Shown piece after piece: positions 50,685-63,683 of a stretch of 64,000 nt of DNA. Under the pieces are notes generated by a model. The model had not been told where the DNA came from. It did no database searches and was given only the letters and a program-made list of their open reading frames with translations. The first letter of the stretch is position 1. Every line of letters begins with the position of its first letter. Source of the DNA: Ophelia neglecta (Eukaryota); assembly GCA_965285935.1 (NCBI GenBank), contig OZ260661.1:141608001-141672000 (forward strand). Reading direction: 5' to 3'. Position numbers and translations under genes: made by a program.

Positions 50685-50913
50685 GGGCCCGGTTTCTTGA
50701 AGGGGCATTAGGTTTTTTTGGATTAGATTTACCTATTACCGATTAGGTGAGACCAGTCAATCGGTGTTTCCAATGTCCAGGATTAAGTTCGAAATCGAAA
50801 TGTCCAGGTTTCCGACCAAATCATGCTTCCAGACAAATACCGACCAGCAAGTCAACACCGATAAAACATTTAAATCCGATTAAGAATTTAGACTGCTTCG
50901 AGAAACCTGGCCC
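50685..50913. mobile_element. PIF/Harbinger-like MITE
   Basis: TIRs GGGCCCGGTTTCTTGAAG / CTTCGAGAAACCTGGCCC. Confidence 0.65.
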
Positions 50914-50948
50914 TAATGTTCAGGTCAAACCATTAGTTTTGGGATGAG

Positions 50949-51287
50949 CCCCGGGAGGAGGGGGGGGCACTTGGCTACCAAGTTGGGTAAGGATGTGCAG
51001 CCCAGGTCTAGGGGTCATAGTCAACAAGAGAGTAAAATTTAACTTTAAAGGGTCATCGAAAGAGAAATTTGGGGAGGTACTTACCTTACCAAGGCCCAGT
51101 ATCGGGGATAAAAAATTAGGGCCGTGGAATAAGGGTCATTTTGAGAGAAAAAAACAACTTTCAAGCGGTCATCCAGAGAGAAAACGTTGAAAAAAAGGGG
51201 TCATTGAGAGAGAAAATGTAGGGAAAAAAGGGTCATTTGGGCGGCACATACCCGTATACCTATATACAGTAAGTGCCCACCCCGGGG
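50949..51287. mobile_element. MITE with CCCCGGG termini
   Basis: TIRs CCCCGGG...GGGCACTT / AAGTGCCCACCCCGGGG. The direct repeat GATGAG (up to GGGATGAG) flanks both sides. Confidence 0.78.
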
Positions 51288-51693
51288 GATGAGGCTGTTT
51301 TTATTACATTTTCGTTAAAACGGCAGAGGGCAGACGATATTTTCGCCGATGGTTAGCCTCAAGAAAGGCCTCTGCCTAGCCTACACGGACACCTACATAC
51401 CTGGAGTGATTACTTAACTAACAGGCCAGCTATTTGGGTAGGTACGGATGGTTACGGGCCAGAGCTTGTGGCTTCTACTGGTTCTGATAGCTGTGATAAG
51501 ACTTAAAGCAGTTTACTGGTATATTTGACACGAGACGTGCAGTCTTCACTGCATATGCACGTGAGATAATGTCTATTTATATATAACTATTTAAACTCTA
51601 CAAAACTTCTTTATGGCCCAATGGTAGACACACGGAAAGGTGGACACGGAAAACCTTGACGAGGGTTACGTGATGCAAGATAATAATATAAGG

Positions 51694-51882
51694 AGCTGTG
51701 TGTTAACAGCGAAAGCGACAGGTGCGGCGAAAGCAGCATCGGTAGAAGAATAATCTATAATATCCGTCATTTATAACCCACCCTTACCCAAACATCTCGG
51801 ATTTGTTCTTGATACAAGGGGGAAAGGTTGAGGTTATTATTGTGATCATACTAGCTCTCGCTTTCGCCGTTAACACAAAGCT
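51694..51882. mobile_element. MITE with 8-bp TSD
   Basis: 28-bp TIRs AGCTGTGTGTTAACAGCGAAAGCGACAG / CTCTCGCTTTCGCCGTTAACACAAAGCT. TSD ATATAAGG at 51686-51693 and 51883-51890. Confidence 0.87.
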
Positions 51883-52292
51883 ATATAAGGTGTGTTAGCC
51901 AGTGCTGTAGTGGGTAAGGGTAGGTCGAAGTGATAAGTTCGAAATGTAATAGTTAGGAACTATAACTGACTCTTCCGTAACTTAAAAATATAATGGGCGG
52001 ATACCCGACAGACCAATAGTCTTATAGTCCATTAAACGGGGTCAAAATCATCAGGTTCCTCCGGCTGCAGGTCCACGAAAGTTTATCCAACGTTTCCTAT
52101 CTAAATATAATCTAATGAAAATAGTAATTAGAAAAACAAATTGCAATCACTTGCGATGAGAGGTAGTTCAAAGGTTTTCCATGGATGAAGTCAACGCACA
52201 AATTAAACGAGGTATGTTTTACGTAGCATTTAGATGCATTAATAATTTGAGACACCATTCTACAAGATGATACAATAGTTTTCAGGACAAAA

Positions 52293-55200
52293 ATGCTTCG
52301 ACTCTACAACAGTCTTCAATGCAATTTGGGCGATATTAGAATTGCTATAGTGGATGGAGCCCCAGCCAGAGGTGAGACATTTCCCATGAGAAACTTGGTA
52401 TCTGATGGCGTCCCCTCCAGGGATGTGACGAATCCCACCGGAAGAGTAGTATCTGATGGAGTCACATCCAGGGATGTGACGAATCCCACCGGAAGAGTAG
52501 TATCTGATGGAGTCCCATCCAGGGATGTGACCAATCCCACCGGAAGAGTAGTATCTGATGGAGTCCCATCCAGGGATGTGACAAATCCCACCAGAAGAGT
52601 AGTATCTGATGGGGTCCCAGCCAAGGGTTTGACTTATCAAACGCGAACGACGGTATCTGATGGAGCCCAAGCCAATGGTTTGACAAATCCCAGGGAAGGC
52701 ATGGCGCCTGCTGGTAAGCAAAAAATAACTTGTGTACTTTAAGCAGTTGATTGAAGAACAATGCTGTCATGTACAACCTATATACAACATAAAACTAATT
52801 TGCTTTAAAGATATCAATTTTAACATTATGGATTGGAAAAGGGCCAAGGGCTTAAAAAGGCACACTCCAAGAAAATAAAAATAATTTGTCCTGCCAGTCA
52901 ACCAAAACAAAAACGTTTCCTTTTATAATGTTTGATAGGTTAACAAACTCAAAAGTCTTTGGTAACTGTTACCGCATTGTTGCGCAGTTGCTTGTCATAT
53001 ACCACTTTGCCTATTTGTACTATGCAGCTGATTCGGGATGATTTCTGATCGTTTAAATGGACTATGCTTGATTAGTGGTTATGCGGTGTTAAATTTATTT
53101 AAGCGTGGCTCATGTGCCATGCTGAGACACAGGGAAGGCACTGGGTGTAAAAAAACGACTTGATGATGTGTTTCGGTTTGCCTGCAAATATAACTTTAAA
53201 CGTCATGCACGTTTGTACCACACTTTCTTTCATTGTATCATGTCTTTAGAGATTAAGCTACAAGAAATTGAACTTTAATTTTAGTACAGTTATAGTAAGA
53301 GGTGTTACCACGTTAAGCTTATGGTTGACTATATTTGTATAAACAAATTGTACAGTACCTGCGTTGTTTTTGTTTATATGACAAGCAACAAAGTAAGGCT
53401 TCATTTGACACGTGTTATAAGTTAATGCTGAACACTTGACGGTCATACCATTTATGACATTCTACGGACACGTTTACAATTACCTCGAAAAACCTTAAAA
53501 TAAGAATATATTTTTTGATTTTCCAATTGCCCTATAAATTATGCTACTTAACCTAACCTAGAGGTACGCATATATGTTTGCATGCAAGTATGTTGTTTAA
53601 GTGTATATCTGATCATTTTATACTTATGTTTTAATAATTGACAGATCTGATCAGGATCTCACAGGGCTATGGTGTGGGTGATTCAAGGTGCAGTGGGCTA
53701 CACATGACACTGGGATCAATGGAACTTCAGCTGGAGCTTGGTGACATCACAAAGGAAACGACTGATGCTATAGTTAACAGCACAAACCCAACAATAGATC
53801 TCTCCATGGGTAAAGGGTCGTTAATCGATCATTGGCATATTACATTGGCTTCTGGTTACTATTTATATCCAGCACTTCCTTCTCGAATATACACCATTGG
53901 TTGAAGCCAGTGAGATAGTACAGACTCAAATTTGAGCATATTTCGATTCGGATAACTGTACCAAGAAATGTCTTTAAAGAATAATTTTGTTTTTTTATTT
54001 CTGTAACTGATAACAGTGTCACTATATTCCAATTGCATCAGCCAATCTAATTGGAATGACAATAAAGGTGAAAAAGGGCCAAACTATTTCCAATATTTTT
54101 GTTTTTCTGTGTTTTCTATAGGTGGTGTTGCAAACGCCTTAGTTAAAACAGGAGGTACCCAGTTTGTTAACGAATGCAAGAAAGCGGGTAAGAACTTGCC
54201 CCTCGTAAACTAAAGATATGTGTTAATTACTCGGCGTTAAGGTGAAAAAGAAGCTCACCATGGTACAGAATTTGATAAATATATCATTCCTCTATCAATA
54301 TGTTTCTCATTAAAGCGATGGTGGGCAATATTGCAGTCACGAGCGGCGGGAACCTTAGAGCCCAGGTCATCCACATTGCAGCTCCGTCGTGTGCAAATCA
54401 ATGGAAAACGGTGAACAATTTTATATCCAAATGCATATGTATAAAAATATATACGTAGGGAATACCCGGCAGACAAAGGGAGTCATTAATCGAGTATATT
54501 AGATAAGTAATTGATTTTTACTCTTACCAAAAAGTAAAAGTAACAATTCACGTGTGTGCAGTCAATGCGCAGAAGTGAGATATTTCTTAGTATTCTTAGT
54601 ATTCAAAGAACTGTAGTGTTAATAAATATTGGATGTTCAAACTTCAGGGACAAAAAGAACAAACGTAACATGAAGAAGGTTACTTTAATTGCAAAGAAAT
54701 TACTGATTAATTTTTATGAATAATAACTTGAGGGTAATATTTAATAATTTGCATTTATTTAGGTGCTCAAGCAATCATTAAAAGAGGCAGAGCGCTTGGG
54801 GTTTAGGTCTGTCACATTCCCTGCTTTGGGTACAGGTATGTTTGTACAAGCTCTGGCGCTCTTATATAACATGATGTGGGTGTTGCCAGTCCTTATAGTC
54901 TTGTTAGTATACTTTACACCTAGAAACTGATGATAGACTACTATATTTGAAAATGTATTGTTTACAGGGGCGGATCCAAGAATTTCCAAGGGGGGGGGGA
55001 GCATGTGGAGGAATTGAAAAGCGGGGGTGTGTGTGGGGGGTGGTCACCGAAGTTACATACATACGTCTAGTTGCCTATGTTTTGGGCGCCTGTTGGGGGT
55101 GTAGATGGGCTTGTTCAGAGTAAAAAAATGAGGTGGGGGGGGGGGGCAGGATCCGCCCTTGGTTTATTACGATGAGTTCCAACACAATGTGTACCAAAAC

Positions 55201-58200
55201 AATAAAACGAAATGAAATGCTTTCAGGTCAACTCCATGTATCGGGGTCCATAATGGCGAGTATCATGTTGGACTCATTTGCCGACTTCGCCAACAGCAAA
55301 CCTTCCAGCCTGCACCTGATAAGAATTGTTATCTATCCGGGGCAGCCCCACATTTTGGAGCAGTTTAGAATGGAGATCATAAGGAAGGCCGCATATGTCA
55401 AGACAAAATCCGTCTGGAGCTCTTTCAAGGATGCCATGGGTAAATATAAATAGACAATCCAAATACTCATCTAAGAAATAAGCCTAAATTAGCAAATCAA
55501 TCATGGTGTAGTTTATTTATACAATGGAAGTTGATTTCGTTCCGTCAAATATAGCATATAACATTATGTTATAGCCGAGTGATTATGTATAACTAATCCT
55601 CAGCCAGATGGCGCGTGTACTCTCCCCCGCTCAGAAATTTAACTTCAAAAAAGTGTTTGCTTTACTTGACCTTAAGGTTTGTCAGGTGAATCTAAGTGGG
55701 AGATTGATGAAGGGGTACTGGACCTTGTTAATATCATAAGCGAAGTACAAAAAGAAATCAAGGTAAGGTTTATACTGTTTGGTTACACAACTGGTAGAAA
55801 ATTAGATTGCTAATTATCATCCTAAATAATGCTACTTTTTGGTGAATGTAGGCACAAGTAAGTACAGAAATAATAGATCTCATTCATTTGATATTGCTAG
55901 CATTGCAATACGGTCAGGGACAATTTAGTGGCCAACGGAGCTGGGTCTGGGACATCGGAGGTACAAGAAAGTTTAGACTTCTACGAGGATACAATTAAAG
56001 GCTTAACGCAAGAGCTTGACGAAATGACAGGTAGGAGCATTGAGCTTTGGCAAACTGCAAACAATGTATTATGCCAGATTTACATTCAGGTAGAGCATCC
56101 AGCTATTAACCACCGACTTGCTCCACATTGTGGCATATTTTGTTGTTTTGAAGCCGTGTTCAAACAGACTGAGGATGAGCGGAAAAAGATAGAATCTGAA
56201 GCAAAGATCCACGAAGAGATGGTCGCTAAACGTCGACGAACAAGGGCCAAAATAATAGAGGAGATGATACGGACAGAACGAGATTACCTACAAAGTCTCC
56301 AGCTCTGTTGTGACGTCTTCTTGGGAGCAGACGCTGAAAAGGTATATTTTTCTACCGACCTTTTACATCCTTCTTTTTACAATCTTGGATATCCGGCAGA
56401 CAGAACAAAGCCATATACAGTGAAACCTGCCTTTAAGACCACCTCTATATGCAGACCACCTGTCAATTCAGACCACTAATATGTGGACCATGATGTATTC
56501 TTTCAATGTTAAATAACCTGTCTAAACAGACAACCTCAGAAATCAGACCAGTATTTTCCAGTCCCATGGGTAGTCTTTATTCACAGGTTTCACTGTAACA
56601 ATAATATACTACTAAATCGGCCCGAAATAAATAGGCACTGTCGAGCCGAGGCGCACACATATCGACCTAGCTTCCTTTACTTAATAGAAATGTATTTATG
56701 AAGCAGGCATTTATATGTATTACTGTTAGTTGCCATGCGATACATGATTCAGAGTTATAAATGCGAAATGTTAAACAGTAGCATTGGCATCATTTTGTCT
56801 CCTGCTGGTTAAATATGTTCTAAAAAATACATATACAAATGTGTGTTCATAAACTTATGTATATGTATATGTATAGTCTGTTTTAATGGATCAACCATAT
56901 AAATGCTTTTCCATTTCATTGCCAGTGTGATTTGGTGGACCTGGACACACTATTTGGTAACATGGATGAGGTTGTAGAGGTGTCTAAGGCCCTCGTTTAT
57001 TCTTTGGAGTACTGCGCCGAGAATAACGTCTTTGAGGAACAAATTATAGGTAAACGACATACATTTTTTTACATTTCATTATGTATGGATTTTACCATGA
57101 GGTGGAAGGAAGCCTTTGATAGCACATGTCGTTCAAAGCTAGCACACAAATTCATCTAAAACGTCGAAAAGGGACTTAGAGATCACATTTTTTCATTTCA
57201 CATACGAGCTTGCTCTTCAACACTACAAGAAGCTTCCAGCTCTAGGCCATGTAATTGTTTGTCTTGCTTTCATACAATTATAACAACTGGTCGAAGCCTT
57301 TGCCCTTGCAAGAGTCGTAATCAGTTTCTTCTTTATTTGCCCTCACTTGAAGGAAAGTAGTTTACCGGGCAAATCACTTAAACTCACAATTTGGTGGCTA
57401 TGAAATAATGAAGCAACGTTTATAAATAGCGGTACCAGTCCCCATTTCTGACTTTTTTTGTTGCCATTTTTATTTATTGTATTTTTACTTATTTTTAACT
57501 TTCAATTGATATTGGAAATATTTTGGAAATCCATATATTTATATTACTGTCATTTCACGAAAAGATCAATATACAAGGCACAAGCTTCTTGAGAAGCTGG
57601 TTGAGTCTGGAGTGGCATCAAATAGCTGTTCATAGAATGGAGACGCCTTCCAGAAAGAATCAGAGAATGGTCACTTCTTCATGAATGCAATGGACAGATA
57701 AAAATTAATTGAATAATAACTACATTGGCGCTCCTTTATACGTGAGGAAAGGGGGGGAAATAAAAATGTGCTGTACATAAAACCTCAATTGTATGGAGTA
57801 AAGGCGGATTATAAAGATCCATAGTTCATAGAACAAGCAAAGTCAGAGAAGTAGGCAAACTGCTCAGCTTCATCTCCACCTCGCCAAATCGGTTACCTAG
57901 AAATCTTGGTTATCATAAATAGAACGACTGTAACTTATTTGGTCCCGGGATGACTCTCGTGATGACTCACGAATAAGTGAACAATTCCGAAAATAATCAT
58001 CCGGGGTCTACATGTTTGATGTCAATGGCAACAAAATGGTTGGGGCTAGGCAACAGCACGTTGTCGAGACGTTATTGTAAGCTAAATGAGCCTGGCAGTC
58101 CAAAGAGAACATGCGGCACATTAGCTCATTCAGTTGCTAAGAGAAATACGAGTCAAATGAGTCCTGTTTAGTTTTCACATCTGTTGATTGGGTATGTTCT

Positions 58201-61200
58201 GAAAGCAATAACACATTCAGAACAGGACACATTAAGGTGACTGCGCATTAATGATTACAATCATAATATTATTAATAGTATCATTATTTCATTATCCTCA
58301 GGATGTCAAGTACAAAGGCGCCTCACAATAAATTACGAACAAACAGTTATAGATAGAAATAAATAATAAATCATAACAGGAGTCAGCTTTCCTAGAAATG
58401 GATTTAAAAGCGTTATACCTATCGGTGCGATACATCGCTTATGTATTATGTATATTGTACGATATATTCACAGGAACTAGCTTTGTTGCCCTCCAAGAAG
58501 AAATGACCACAGTATATGGTCCATACTGCAGGAATCATGAGCAGGCCACATCGCTTTTAGTAACAGTAAGTCCCGTTTACAACCTCATCAGGTCTGACAT
58601 AAGGTAAATGTGAACCTAGTATTGCATACCTGCCACCGTTCAAAAGGATTTTTCTTTTATAATGTGAGTTAAGAAAAAGCTATTTACTTTTACAATAAAC
58701 TATGTCTTTTGTCGATAAACAAATGTGTTATTTGGTGTGATTGGATTTGAAAACAACGTGCAAATCCTTTTTTATCTAATAATAAGCTTTAGATATTGTA
58801 TTTTTGTAAGCAAATCAATTCAAAATGAATCTTCAGAGAAATTCAATTTACATGGTGTAATTAAATATTTTTAAATCGACATTGAGAAGATAAATATGAA
58901 ATCAGACCAAAAACCACGGTGCACATTTTATATTTAATCTAATGTATCCTCCTGATCAATGTAAAAAAAAAAGAGATTTATAGTTCGATCCGAAAAAACC
59001 TTTCTAGTCTTATCATACAATCCTATTTCAGTATAAGAGTGAGACGGTCACTAGAGAATGGCTGTCCCGTATGTTAGTCAGGTTAGGGGAAATCGCTAAA
59101 CCCTGTCACCTGGAAGACTACCTAATAAAACCGGTCCAAAGGTTTCTCAAATATCCTCTACTGCTTAATGAACTCATCAAAGTAAGTAGAATGCCCTCCT
59201 AAAATTGATCCTGGTCACCGTATAACACTCATCCAAGAGGCAAAGTTCATTCAAATATTTAAATTGATCATATGTTGAAGATCATCCAAATATTTGGACA
59301 TCCTGTTACAATGTATGTGATACTTTTATTGCAAATTTGTAACACACTCGGTCATGGTGTAAACAAAGGCTACTGGCATGATCAAGTTCGCATTTAGGAA
59401 ATTCCTTATAATCCATTCATTATATTAACATTGTGTTTAAAGATATCCAATCTTTTAAGGTTAATTGTTTTGTTAACTTAATTAGTTTTTGATTATTTGA
59501 TGTATTGACGGTGGTCCCCATGATTTGGGCCAATTAAAATGGGTTTTTGTCTGGCGGCGGTCCACGCCCGTTTTTTTACAATATCATTTGCCCTGTACAC
59601 ATTTGTGGCTATTAAACCTGTCTTATTCACATAACCCAAACCATGCTTCTGTCTTGATTCTGACAACTGGCTCTAACTGTAGAACACTGAAGATTACCAC
59701 GAAGACATGCCTCATCTTTCAGCAGCTAACAATGTAATGACTGACATGGCAAATGCCATCAACGAATTCAAGAGAGGAAAAGAACTAGGCAAGTTAAGAA
59801 ATTTGCATTCCAGGAACCTGATATAAAATCCATTATTCATGCATTCAAACAAGTAATAAATATACAATCAGATGTAGTATTACTTGTGTTTGAACAATAC
59901 ATGTATAACGGTTCTGTGATATTTCCAGTTCAGAAATACACTAAGGAGACTGATGGCACGCGCAATAGAAAAAGGGGCAAGTTCACCCTCCATTCAACCA
60001 AGAAGAAGATTTTTCGATTTACCCAGACAATGATCGGCAATAAGGTAAAAAAAACATGTTGCATAATCAGTGCACGAAGAAAACATGACTGAAATTTCCC
60101 TTTTTAAAGCACTGGTATTTGGCTGAAAGAATAATAAAAAGTAAACCAAGTGCAATATAAAAACCTCTATATTTGCGAAAAGCCATTGCTTGATTAAAAA
60201 ATAATTAAAAACTATTGGTAAAATAATTGTAAAAAAATAAATAAATGTAACCTAATCCATTTATCTGCATTTGTTGGCAGACTGTTGATAGAAACTTTGA
60301 CCGGGAGGAAAAGAAGTTTAAAACGCTTGCTCTGGTTGTGACAAACCTTGTTCGGGACATATCTCAGAACCTGGAAGACATGCAGATTTCCATGGAGACC
60401 CAGGAGAAAGTAGCCTATGACATCTCCTGTTTGTTTGACACTTGTACCACTTCGCAGGTTAAAAAGTTCAGCAAGGTGCACATTAAGGTGGCTGAAAATT
60501 TGTTCCACGAATTTGTAAGTTGTAGTTTTAATTAGTATCAAAAATCAGAATTTAGAAAAGGAAAAATATAATAAGAAGGTTCAAGGCAGTTGGTTTTTGA
60601 CTTCTAAACAGTATACGTCTTTTTTCTTTGGAATATGTCGGTTAAATTCGTTATTTTAGAAAGCCAGGATCGAATGTGAGGTACTTCGTCCATTGAACCG
60701 CTTGACCGTCATGCTCCAGGGGCCGCCCAAGGTTATCAGGAAGCGCAACGACAAGTTGCTTGACTACGACAACGCCTCAATCGGATTCAAGCGGTCAAAA
60801 GAAGGTGATGGAAAAGAGAAAACGGTATGATTTTTATGACTCAATGTTATTTGTAAATGTGCGGCCTCAGCAGGATTCCTGTTTACCTTACATTTGGTAC
60901 AAACCTGGTATTTATACCAAATGGAACCCCAAATTGTATTGTACCTTAACTTGTACCTGAGTTCCTTGCCACTTTTCGTCTGTTTTCGTCTGTTTGACTA
61001 GAGAAAACACTTTATAGTTTTTTGTGAACTATATGTCATTTCATAAATATGTAAATTTCATATGAATTGTATGTTTCTATACAGTTTACTGGACAGCTAT
61101 TACATAAGTTTATACTACTTCATTTCTAGTTATTAAATTATAGGTTTTTTTACCCTTCACCTGGGGTGGCTCACACGATAGCGATATTATATATCTTCAG

Positions 61201-63515
61201 TGTAAGTCTCCTCGGCCGCTACTGCATATACAAATGTATCAGTCTCATTTTCTATATCATTTGAAATTATAGTATTTAACTTAATCTAAATTATAGTATT
61301 TAGTTTGCTTGTATTATCTATACGATGTGGTCAAAATAACTACTGTCTGTCTATTTTAATAAAACATGTGACAAGCTTATATCAGTATTCTTTATCAGTA
61401 CTGTCACGAAATCACGATTCTGTGCCAGATTTTCATTCAATGTTTTACCGATTATAGGCCAATGCTGACCTGCAGAAAGCAAGAAAGAACTATGAGGCCA
61501 TGAATGCCCAGCTCCTGGAAGAACTTCCCAGACTGGTGGGGTTATCATTGGACCTTGTTCGGCTTTGTTTAAAACAATGGGTAGAAATGCAGAACGAGTT
61601 TCATAACCAAGCGCAAGAAGAAATGCGCAAATTGCAACATGTACGTTTGCCTCAAACGTATTTATACGGTATATTTTTGTGTTGGTTAATGAGTTGAATT
61701 TGTCTGCCACACCTTTAAAGCAAGGATCGATATATTTTGGTATCACATCGCATGGTTATCACATGGTTAATTCATATAATTGCGTTGACTTTACCTCTTG
61801 TATGATTTATGTTAGTTTTTACATGTACATAGTAGTATATTATCCAGGATGAGAGTGGCCACAGGTCACATGACCACAGGTCACAGTCTGCCAGTCAGAA
61901 GGCGTACTTCCGCCAGAAGTACGTCAGTGATCAACTCTTCTCGGATTACTCATCTAACTCCGGAGGAGACATGAAGGACCTTGTTCTGCCTCCAGGGCCT
62001 AACTCTGGACGACAGATAACGGACCCGGTTCTACCCCAGAGACCTAATGCCGAAGGACAGATGGGGGACTTGGTTATGTCTCAGGGCCCTAATTCCGGAG
62101 GGGAGATGAAGGACCTGGTTCCACCTCAGGGCCCTAACTCTGAACGACAGATCACGGACCTGGTTCCAGCTCAGGGTCCTTTCTTTGATGTCATTAAGGG
62201 TGAGGATGGAGGTAAGTGCCATGTATAAAATCCAATTGAGAAATCCGAGAGAATTCTCCTGTGACAAATAAGCTAACTATGCATTCTTGTATGTTTCCTT
62301 TGGAATGATGGTCAATGTATATAAATCTTAATAAGAACTCGTAATTTGTAAAAAGATTAAGGAATACTGATTGAATGACAAGATTCGTTATGGATTATGT
62401 CTTTTCAGTTACCGATGGAGTTTTCCCTAAGAGGTCACCCATTGTTTCCATTCCGGCTACCCCCTCAAGTATATCGCCTGGCGGAGGCATCAACCCCTCA
62501 TCTCATCCAACGGGTGAACCGTCACATCTGGATGCCTTCTCCAAGAGTCTTGTAGATAACACCACTCAAAGGGGAGAAATGACGTTTGCGGCGAGACAAC
62601 CTTTAAGTTCCACTTATCCTTCATCGGCCCTTACCAGTGGTGACGGTGAAAAAGTGAAGGTACCTGTTTTATGCACATACTCAGAAATTCAATATATCTT
62701 ACCAGTTTTGTTCAAGTGTATCCATGAACTTTCAACTTACTGCTGGGAGATGGGGATTGATGCTTGTTGGCCTGTAGCTGGTGGTTCCCGCTGATATCGG
62801 ACTGGTTTAATGAATTATTCCCGGTTAAATGATTTAGCTTCGTCTGCGTTTAATCCACTCCCGTTTGTCAAGGCCGCAATCGATACAAGCACGTGGTTAC
62901 TAAGCATCAATCACTGCTCCCTCTTTTATGGCTATACCTGGGACAGCTGAGAACAAAAGGGCTCTGGAAATTACCCTTTCGGGGGGGGGGGGTAGTTATT
63001 TGACTTGCTTAACTGGAAAGTGACCTTCCGGCGTCTAAAGATATATAGTACGTTTATAATCATACATGTTAAACTTTTCAGTCTTTGTTTGTTTGATAAA
63101 GAAAAACCCGGCTTAAACACATTGAAGTGAACTACTTTAACATATTAAATAAAACACTCAAAATAACTGAAGCCAATGGTCTCACCAACACGTTTAATAA
63201 AAGGATTGGACAGTACCAAAAACTAAAGAGGATTCTCTTTATTGATTAAAGATGGATGTTCCCCGGATCACGGAATCATTTGGCTCAGACTTACATGACT
63301 CTGGCTGGTCTGAAGATGAGTCTGCACCCCTACCACATGACAGTACGAAAAGAGTCCACTCGGGCACACCAGCTTCTAGGCAGGCGTGGAATATCCCCCT
63401 GACATGTGTAGAGAAAGGGACAGAGGAAGGAAAAGAGGAAGGGACAGAAGACAGAGGTCAAGGATTCCGATTGAATACACACATACTTTTTAAATGCCAC
63501 CATTTTTGTTACTAA
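52293..63515 (+). CDS. Macrodomain-DH(RhoGEF)-BAR protein, Tuba/DNMBP/ARHGEF37-38-derived (~1158 aa, 20 exons)
   Basis: Phase-consistent, stop-free exons: 52293-52713, 53645-53809, 54122-54187, 54316-54410, 54763-54835, 55227-55439, 55686-55762, 55901-56030, 56154-56341, 56926-57049, 58474-58565, 59032-59181, 59683-59788, 59929-60044, 60281-60514, 60660-60824, 61458-61640, 61848-62211, 62409-62659, 63252-63515. Macro motifs GDIT, IVNSTN, GGVANAL, VIH and FPALGTG. DH motifs EMIRTERDY, LFGNM, LIKPVQRFLKYPLLL and INE. DNMBP-type BAR motifs KRNDKLLDYD and YEAMNAQLLEELP. The terminal exon is the least certain. Confidence 0.85.
52380..52700 (+). repeat. Coding 51-bp repeat (17 aa, VVSDGVPSRDVTNPTGR) x ~6
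   Basis: Direct observation in the first coding exon of the Macro-DH-BAR gene. Confidence 0.9.
54965..55161. mobile_element. hAT5-like MITE (intronic)
   Basis: TIRs CAGGGGCGGATCC / GGATCCGCCCTTG, with a perfect 5-bp TSD GTTTA. Confidence 0.85.
56418..56595. mobile_element. Tc1/mariner (pogo/Tigger-like) MITE (intronic)
   Basis: TIRs CAGTGAAACCTG / CAGGTTTCACTG with a TA TSD. Confidence 0.88.
61955..62180 (+). repeat. Coding 45-bp repeat (15 aa, MxDLVxPQGPNSxxQ) x ~5
   Basis: Direct observation in exon 61848-62211. Confidence 0.85.
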
Positions 63516-63683
63516 TTAAGTTTCTGAACCAAAAGAAAACACATTATCTGCATAACATCATAGACGTTATTTATTGATAACGACCTCTTTTGTACAAGTG
63601 TCATATTTATATATCGATATGAAAGTGCGGTGTTAACATATCACATCCTTAATAAAATATTAATATTCTGTGCCCTTTTACAG

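Noticed and set aside
52181-52211. Upstream ATG exon as the start of the Macro-DH-BAR protein
   Set aside because: Splicing to 52286 in its phase reaches a stop after about 21 codons, so it is more likely 5' UTR or a uORF.
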